Both the position numbers and the translations under genes were made by a program. DNA of 32,000 nt from Halogeometricum borinquense DSM 11551 (lineage in GTDB: Archaea > Halobacteriota > Halobacteria > Halobacteriales > Haloferacaceae). Location of the stretch: positions 2,340,001-2,372,000 of the forward strand of contig NC_014729.1 in NCBI RefSeq assembly GCF_000172995.2, written 5' to 3'. Position 1 is the stretch's first letter. The number at the start of each line of letters is the position of its first letter. The notes below the pieces were generated by a model. That model saw only the letters and a list, made by a program, of their open reading frames with translations, was not told the origin of the DNA and did no database searches. This document shows positions 26,978-32,000 of the stretch, piece by piece.

Positions 26978-27451
26978 TCACAGCGCCTCGCGGAGGCGTG
27001 CGGCGAGAGAGTCCTCCGCCTCGTCCCCGTCGGTATCGCAAGCGGTGTCGTCACGGCGGTCCGCCACGTCGCCGACTGTCTCCGCGTCGTCCGGAAGGCG
27101 TTCGACGACGAGGCCGTCATCCTCGTCGTGCGCGGCGGCGAGTTGTTCGGCTATCGCAAGTGCGAGATCGGCGCGGCGTTCGACTGATTCGTTTACCGCC
27201 TGCACGCCGCCCAGGAGACCACGAACCGCCTCAAGTTCGGCCGACAGTTCGGACACACGCCGGTCGAGAGCCGCTATCGACTGTTCGAGATCCGCCACGG
27301 TCGTCTCGGACAGCGCTTCGGCGGCCTCGGTATCCGTGTCGGTACCCGACGCGTCGTTCGACGGTTGGTCGCGGTCGTCGTCAGTCAGAGCGCGTTCAAC
27401 GGCGTCGAGACGGGCTGCAAGCGTTGTGAGGTCGGTTTTGTCATCCGGCAT
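26978..27451 (-). CDS. acidic coiled-coil protein, first gene of the Tad/T4P-like locus
   Basis: ATG at 27449-27451 gives MPDDKTDLTTLAARLDAVERAL ... DLEQSIAALDRRVSELSAELEAVRGLL. It shows heptad-like periodicity and very acidic tails. The longer track ORF (to 27877) is antisense to cetZ and S/P/R-rich. Confidence 0.65.
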   Translation of the reverse strand: MPDDKTDLTTLAARLDAVERALTDDDRDQPSNDASGTDTDTEAAEALSETTVADLEQSIAALDRRVSELSAELEAVRGLLGGVQAVNESVERRADLALAIAEQLAAAHDEDDGLVVERLPDDAETVGDVADRRDDTACDTDGDEAEDSLAARLREAL

Positions 27452-27474
27452 GGGGCGACTGGTCCCGTCATGTG

Positions 27475-27482
27475 AAATAAAA
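27475..27482. promoter_or_regulatory. AT box (AAATAAAA / TTTTATTT) in the 76-bp divergent intergenic region; candidate shared TATA for cetZ and the pilus-like locus
   Basis: It is the only AT-rich element between 27452 and 27527. On the minus strand it reads GAGGTTTTATTT, 23 nt before ATG 27451, the same geometry as the two promoter cores below. Confidence 0.45.
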
Positions 27483-27527
27483 CCTCGGTGGGGAAAGTTG
27501 AAGGTCGGTACTAACGAGTCATCCGAT

Positions 27528-28613
27528 ATGAAGACCGTCCTGATAGGTGTCGGCCAGGCCGGCGGGAAGCTTACCCGCGAACTGGTTGACTTCGATGAAC
27601 GAATGGAGTTCGGCGCGGTTCTCGATGCAGTCGCCGTGAACTCCGCGAAGGCTGACCTGCGCGACATTCCGTTCGAGACGATTCTCATCGGACAGGACCG
27701 CGTGAAAGGCCACGGGGTCGGCGGCGACAACGAACTCGGCGCGGAAGTCATGCAAGCAGACAAGCGCGAGGTGCTCTCAGCACTCGACGGCCGCATCACC
27801 GCCGAAGCCGAAGCGATTTTCGTCGTCGCCGGACTCGGCGGCGGGACCGGAAGCGGTGGCGCACCCGTCCTCGTCAATGAACTCCAGCAGATCTACGACG
27901 TACCAATCTACGCTCTCGGCATCCTTCCCGGCGACAGCGAAGGCGCGATGTATCAGGTGAACGCCGGACGGTCGCTGAAGACCGTCGCTCGCGAAGCAGA
28001 TTCGCTCCTCCTCGTTGACAACGACGCGTTCCGGAGTTCGGGCGAGAGCCTCGAACAGGGATACGACGCGATCAACCGCGCTATCGCCCAGCGCGTCGGA
28101 CTCCTGTTCGCCTCCGGTGAGGCAGTCGAGGGCGTCGCAGAGAGTGTCGTTGACTCCTCTGAGGTCATCAACACGCTCCGCTCGGGCGGCATTTCGGCGC
28201 TCGGCTACGCCGCCGCTGAGTCCGCCGATAGCTCCGAGGGCAACATCAACACCGTGATGAGTACCACGCGGCGCTCTCTCCTCACTGGCACGAGCCTCCC
28301 CGAGGCGACAACAGCTGATTCGGCGCTCCTCGTCGTCGCGGGCGAACCGGACAAGATACCTCGCAAAGGCGTCGAGCGCGCCCGCCGATGGATCGAAGAG
28401 GAAACCGGAAGCCTCCAAGTTCGTGGCGGAGACTTCCCGCTGGATTCCGGACGCATCGCGTCGCTCATCCTTCTCGGCGGTGTCGAGCGCTCCGACCGGC
28501 TTGAAGCGTTCATGCAACGCGCAAAAGAGGCCGTTAAAGAAGCCGAAGAGACCGAAGAGCGCGAAGACCCCGCCGAGACGTGGCGGAACGACGAACTCGA
28601 AGACCTCATCTAG
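27528..28613 (+). CDS. cetZ: CetZ-family tubulin/FtsZ-superfamily GTPase
   Basis: MKTVLIGVGQAGGK (GxGxxG), AVNSAKADL, RVKGHGVGGDNELGAE, the T4 tubulin signature GLGGGTGSGGAPV, T7-like LLVDNDAF and an acidic C-terminal tail. The GGGTGSG form and overall pattern match the CetZ sequences I remember rather than FtsZ. Confidence 0.9.
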   Translation: MKTVLIGVGQAGGKLTRELVDFDERMEFGAVLDAVAVNSAKADLRDIPFETILIGQDRVKGHGVGGDNELGAEVMQADKREVLSALDGRITAEAEAIFVVAGLGGGTGSGGAPVLVNELQQIYDVPIYALGILPGDSEGAMYQVNAGRSLKTVAREADSLLLVDNDAFRSSGESLEQGYDAINRAIAQRVGLLFASGEAVEGVAESVVDSSEVINTLRSGGISALGYAAAESADSSEGNINTVMSTTRRSLLTGTSLPEATTADSALLVVAGEPDKIPRKGVERARRWIEEETGSLQVRGGDFPLDSGRIASLILLGGVERSDRLEAFMQRAKEAVKEAEETEEREDPAETWRNDELEDLI

Positions 28614-28639
28614 TCGGCTCGGTCCCCCTTTTCCCCTCC

Positions 28640-29035
28640 TGGCGTTCGAGAACCCGTCGAGACGGACTCGTCTGTGTCAGCGTGACCGATGAATCGAGAC
28701 GGATCAAGTGGCGGAGACGAGACTGTGCGTAAAGCGTGAGATAGCGAGCGGAGACGGGACACTGAGTGAACCGCCTCGGGGTCAAGTGGTTCGAGAGACT
28801 TCGTCTCTCGTCATCACGGAAATCTTTGATTTCCGTATGACTCCGAGGCTTCCCGTGGGTTAGTCGGACACTCCCACTCGACCATCGGCCTGATAGCCTC
28901 GAACGGTCGGTTGGGTCACGGTCGGGGCGTCCACGGCCCCCGATGCCCGCCGTCTCAAAGTCGCGAAGCGACTTTGCGGGCTGCACAAGAGCTCCGCTCT
29001 TGTGAACGTCGAACCTTCCGAACAACGGGAAGGCT
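28640..29035 (-). ncRNA. candidate TnpB omega-RNA (reRNA) scaffold / right-end region
   Basis: The position (3' end of tnpB and downstream) and the density of perfect 8-9-bp hairpins fit the known omega-RNA layout. The hairpins lie at 28924-40, 28956-76, 28984-29004, 29014-33, 28792-810 and 28817-35. The ends are not determinable by eye. Confidence 0.3.
28787..28845. repeat. twin-hairpin module, copy A (inverted relative to copy B)
   Basis: Hairpin 1 is cgagagac-ttc-gtctctcg (28792-28810) and hairpin 2 is cggaaatc-ttt-gatttccg (28817-28835). A 7-bp closing stem gcctcgg/ccgaggc (28773-79 / 28843-49) encloses both. Confidence 0.7.
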
Positions 29036-29557
29036 GTTGAGAGCAGGCACATTCCAATCGAGTTTCTTCACGCCTTTCACGGCGATGTTGACGCTTGCAC
29101 TACGGTCGCTGTGGTCTTGATGGGAACAGTCCTTGCACTTGAACCGCTTCTTGTTTCGGTTCGCACGCTCCGTATTCCCACACATCGGACACCGCTGACT
29201 CGTGTACTCGGGGTTAATCCACGCGGTCGGAATCTCCTTGAACGACGCCTTGTACGACGTATAGAACTGAAGGGCGCGGAACGGGAGGTGGTGCAAGCGT
29301 CGGTTCATCCGCGTGCCGTAGTCGATACTGTCGCGCATTTCTTTGAGGTCTTCAAAGACGATGCACGGCTTCTCGAACTGACGGCTCCACTCCACGATGT
29401 GACGACTCACCTTGTGGAGTCGGTCGCGGACAAACCGTTCTTCGCGCCCTTCGAGCGTGTCGTGGGTACTGTCTTTCCCCGCGTTCTGGACGCGCTTCCG
29501 CATCGTGAAGTAGCGGTGACGCTCGAACTTGATTTCGGGGAAGTCAATAACCAACAT
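28860..29557 (-). pseudogene. tnpB: tnpB (RNA-guided endonuclease, IS200/IS605 OrfB) remnant: 5'-truncated, possible 3' frameshift
   Basis: The remnant retains a RuvC-II-like IVFEDLKEM, the Zn ribbon CPMCG...FKCKDC and RuvC-III-like DHSDRSASVNIAVKG. The N-terminal WED/REC/RuvC-I half (about 200 aa) is missing. After the stop at 28955 the reading continues in another frame (RRRASGAVDAPTVTQPTVRGYQADG) down to 28860. Confidence 0.7.
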
Positions 29558-29559
29558 GT

Positions 29560-29944
29560 CCTCAACGCCATCCTCGAACCAATCGAGGACTCGCTGGAAG
29601 CGAGTTTCCGCGACGTGTGCAGCGAGTACGACTACGAGATACTGTCGTCGTCCGAAAATCTCTGATTTTCGGGATCAAGAGAGACGAAGTCTCTCGAACG
29701 ACTCCACATTTCACCCGACCACACACATCTGTTCCTCTCCGCCCACCCAAGATACGCTCCGAGCGAGATTGTTCGAACGGTCAAGAGCATCACGGCGCGG
29801 GAGATGTGGGAACAGCACGAACCGTTCTTGGAGGAGTATCTGTGGGGCGGCGGGTTCTGGGAGGAATCGTACTACGTTGGGACGGCAGGCGACGTTTCGA
29901 CAGACACGATTGAGCAGTATATCGAGCGGACGGAACACGTTTAG
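29560..29944 (+). pseudogene. tnpA: tnpA (IS200/IS605 Y1 HUH transposase) remnant: N-terminus missing, in-frame TGA inside a hairpin insertion
   Basis: My own translation gives VLNAILEPIEDSLEASFRDVCSEYDYEILS [SSENL*FSGSRETKSLER] LHISPDHTHLFLSAHPRYAPSEIVRTVKSITAREMW...SYYVGTAGDVSTDTIEQYIERTEHV*. The HUH motif (DHTHL) and a C-terminal Tyr (QYIE) are present. There is no start codon or N-terminal beta strand. Confidence 0.7.
29646..29703. repeat. twin-hairpin module, copy B (inside tnpA remnant)
   Basis: The hairpins are ccgaaaatc-tct-gattttcgg (29652-29672) and gagagac-gaa-gtctctc (29679-29695). The reverse complement matches copy A over 21 consecutive nt (gttcgagagacttcgtctctc). The second hairpin is then related, with compensatory changes. 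Confidence 0.7.
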
Positions 29945-30042
29945 CGGAGCGTACGGCCTTCACCCACGGGGTCAAGCCCCGAGGCACTCGGCCTGCTCAG
30001 CCTGTAGAAACCGAGACAGCGCGTGAAGATCGAGACCCGGCG

Positions 30043-31392
30043 TTACTGGGTGATGAGACTCGCGCCGTCGAAGTCGGTCCGAGTGTACTCGACTTCCATC
30101 AGGTCGAGGATTGTCGGTGCGATATCGTAGAGGTCTGCATCCTCAATCGTCGCGTTGGGGTCGTCGATGTACAGCGACGCGTTGTCGAAGCTGTGCATCC
30201 CGTTTCGTGGGCCCTGTCCGAACACGTCGTCTTTGCCCTTGAAGCCGGACTTGAGGTCGAATCCGTGGTTCGGGACGATGACGAGGTCCGGGGCGATGTC
30301 GTCGTGGTTGCCGCGGAACGCATCTTCCTTCTCGACGACGCGGTCTGCGACCTTGCGGCCGTTGGGACCTTCGAGGTTCTCCAGCATCTCCTTCAGTTCG
30401 TCACGGCGCTCTTGGTACTCGTCCTGCGGGACGGCACCGCGCGGTTCGCGGCCTTCGAGGTTGATGTAGAAGCGTCCGGGGATGAGCGAGTACGCCAGCG
30501 TGTCGTCGGAGATATCCTCAAGTTGTTCGTGGTCGTCGTCCTCGTACGAGAGCCATCCCTCCTGTTCGAGGAGCGTGTTGCAGTGGACTTCGTAGTCGAG
30601 AGACGTGAACCCGTGGTCGGCGGCGATGACGAGCGTCACGTCCTCGGGCAGCATCTCCCGAATCTGACCGAGATAGTCGTCTACCTTGCGGTAGAACGCC
30701 ATGAACTTCTCTTTGTCCGACGTTTCGTTCTCGTAATCCTTGAACAGGAAGTGGTTGACCCGGTCTGTGGTCATGAACACGCCGAAAAACAGGTCCCAGT
30801 CGTCCTGTTGGAGGTAGTGACTGAACGCCTCGAACCGTCTATCGAGGGTCTTGTTGGCGTTCTCGACGAACTCGGTCTTGTCGTCTTTGTGACCGAGTTT
30901 CGCGTTCACGTCGATAATGTATCCTGAAGACTCCAAGTGATCGCGGAAGTCGTCGGGATACGCCGCCTTGTCCACGCTGGGCGAGAGAAAGCCCGAAACC
31001 ATCCGCTGGACGTTTCGCTGCGGCGGGAACGTGACGGGGACGTTCATCACGGTTGCCTTCCGCCCGGCGTCGGTGACGCGGTCCCAGATGCGCGTGGCCT
31101 GCACGTCGCGGCCCATCGGGACGTACGTCTCGTACGAACCATTCTCGCGGTCTTGGAAGCCGTACACACCAGTTTCTCCGGGGTTGACACCCGTGGTGAG
31201 GGCGGGCCAACACGCGGAGGACTCGGGGGGAACGATACTTTCGATAGCTCCGGCACTCCCCGTCTCGGCGAGATCAGCCATGTTGGGGAACTCGTCGGGG
31301 TTGTCGGCGAGGAGACTAAAGGGAACGCCGTCGATTCCAATGAAGGCGACACGCGGGTCGTCTTGCCCACGTAGTCGGTCGAACAGACCCAT
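30043..31392 (-). CDS. alkaline phosphatase superfamily protein (nucleotide pyrophosphatase/phosphodiesterase-like, COG1524 type)
   Basis: MGLFDRLRG...VAFIGIDGVPFSLL ... PPESSACWPALTTGVNPGETGVYGF ... VIAADHGF ... GMHS are metal-ligand and nucleophile-region motifs of the AP/NPP family. The start is at ATG 31390-31392. Confidence 0.8.
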   Translation of the reverse strand: MGLFDRLRGQDDPRVAFIGIDGVPFSLLADNPDEFPNMADLAETGSAGAIESIVPPESSACWPALTTGVNPGETGVYGFQDRENGSYETYVPMGRDVQATRIWDRVTDAGRKATVMNVPVTFPPQRNVQRMVSGFLSPSVDKAAYPDDFRDHLESSGYIIDVNAKLGHKDDKTEFVENANKTLDRRFEAFSHYLQQDDWDLFFGVFMTTDRVNHFLFKDYENETSDKEKFMAFYRKVDDYLGQIREMLPEDVTLVIAADHGFTSLDYEVHCNTLLEQEGWLSYEDDDHEQLEDISDDTLAYSLIPGRFYINLEGREPRGAVPQDEYQERRDELKEMLENLEGPNGRKVADRVVEKEDAFRGNHDDIAPDLVIVPNHGFDLKSGFKGKDDVFGQGPRNGMHSFDNASLYIDDPNATIEDADLYDIAPTILDLMEVEYTRTDFDGASLITQ

Positions 31393-31529
31393 ATGCTTCC
31401 TTCCGCGGAGACGCATAAGAACCTTCTTCTACTTCCGAACTCCTGCCGGTGATTACGACACGAAGGAGAGAGCCAACCTTCGGGGGCGAAGGAGCGAAGT
31501 GTCGTCCGGTCGTACGCTTACGAAGAGCC

Positions 31530-31973
31530 GTGAAGGAGTTCGAGCGAAAGCAGTTGTTGGAGCGCGTCAATCGCGAGGGGGCAACCATTGGTGTCGATAT
31601 CCCTGACCGAATCGACGTGCAGGGCGAGGAGGTGGAACTGCGCGATTTCGTTTTCGAGATCAAGCGCCGCGACACCGTTCCGGAGGGTGAGAAAGACCGC
31701 GTCGAGCAGGCGAAAAAGAACCTCCGACGCGAACGTCTCCAGCGACTCCAGCAAATAGAGGACAACGAGGTGAGTTACGAGGAGGGCCAACGGTTAGTCG
31801 AAAGTATCGTCGGCATCGACCGGGCGTTGAACGCACTCGAACAACTACGCCCCGCGAACCTCGAACAGGAGTCTCAGTTACAGGAGGCCCAAGACCGGAA
31901 ACGGTGGATGAACTTCCTGAAGCAGGCGCTGGGCCGCGAGAAAAGCAGTCGGTCCAGCCGCGGGGGGCGGTGA
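31530..31973 (+). CDS. conserved hypothetical charged/coiled protein
   Basis: The ORF ends at 31973. I prefer GTG 31530 (MKEFERKQLLERVNREGATIGVDIPDRIDVQGEEVELRDFVFEI...) as the start. The upstream part of the track ORF (from 31449) is R/G-rich. Another gene appears to begin at ATG 31973-31975 (MSRNDEVAS..., TGATG overlap), but it is too short in this window to call. Confidence 0.5.
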   Translation: MKEFERKQLLERVNREGATIGVDIPDRIDVQGEEVELRDFVFEIKRRDTVPEGEKDRVEQAKKNLRRERLQRLQQIEDNEVSYEEGQRLVESIVGIDRALNALEQLRPANLEQESQLQEAQDRKRWMNFLKQALGREKSSRSSRGGR

Positions 31974-32000
31974 TGAGCCGAAACGACGAGGTGGCGTCGC

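Larger units (their letters stand above)
28620..30040. mobile_element. decayed IS200/IS605-family element (divergent tnpB and tnpA remnants with an internal deletion)
   Basis: A tnpB C-terminal half (minus) abuts a tnpA fragment (plus) at about 29557-29565. Structured ends flank both remnants. The element sits between the convergent cetZ and phosphodiesterase genes. The boundaries are approximate. Confidence 0.6.

Noticed and set aside
26616-27527. The N-terminal 304 residues of the 665-aa track ORF that ends as CetZ.
   Set aside because: This part is R/S-rich and antisense to three minus-strand genes. CetZ homology starts exactly at ATG 27528 (MKTVLIGVGQAGGK).
28773-28849. The closing stem plus two hairpins considered as a tRNA or tRNA-like gene.
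   Set aside because: There are only two arms, each with a 3-nt loop. No anticodon-size loop, no T-loop GTTCRANYC and no D-arm features are present.
28955-29557. The 200-aa ORF considered as an intact miniature TnpB/Fanzor-like nuclease.
   Set aside because: It lacks the whole N-terminal WED/REC region and the RuvC-I aspartate segment. Its 5' end runs directly into antisense tnpA sequence, so truncation is the simpler explanation.
28787-29703. Repeated hairpins considered as a possible CRISPR array.
   Set aside because: There are only two related copies, in inverted orientation about 860 bp apart, plus one module of different sequence. There is no regular repeat-spacer periodicity and there are no cas genes.
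31973-32000. A new gene starting at ATG 31973 (MSRNDEVAS...).
   Set aside because: Only 9 codons are visible before the window ends. This is too little to support a feature, so it is only mentioned under the preceding CDS.

Overview
High-GC sequence encoding acidic proteins, with TATA boxes about 22 nt upstream of start codons (leaderless-type promoters). This looks like a haloarchaeal (class Halobacteria-like) chromosome segment. I support about 35 genes. I saw no rRNA, tRNA or CRISPR array by eye. Positions 1-17.9 kb hold ordinary housekeeping and metabolic genes: SAM methyltransferase, PPOX-family protein, wHTH regulator, MBL hydrolase, YkgJ Cys-cluster protein, TRAM protein, radical SAM/HhH protein, Tat-secreted FG-GAP propeller, zinc-finger micro-protein plus Hsp20, FAD oxidoreductase, NUDIX hydrolase, GT2-like glycosyltransferase, MFS transporter, aldo/keto reductase, DHH phosphoesterase and an SDR. 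The standout region is 17980-27451: nine co-oriented minus-strand genes forming a Tad/type IV pilus-like machine. It encodes a secretion ATPase with a long Cys-containing N-terminal extension and a double-domain T2SS-F/TadC membrane protein. It also encodes an acidic coiled-coil protein, a single-TM protein and four translationally coupled N-terminally hydrophobic proteins, one of them 1004 aa. I see no canonical pilin and no prepilin peptidase. The units carry near-identical TATA-containing promoter cores. The locus is divergently paired, across a 76-bp AT-box intergenic region, with a CetZ-type tubulin gene (27528-28613). Immediately downstream of cetZ lies a decayed IS200/IS605 element (about 28620-30040). 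It has a 5'-truncated tnpB, a tnpA remnant broken by an in-frame hairpin insertion, and dense perfect hairpins that may be omega-RNA/end structures. An alkaline-phosphatase-superfamily gene and a conserved hypothetical gene close the window. All functional calls come from my reading of the translations and motifs. No database search was run.
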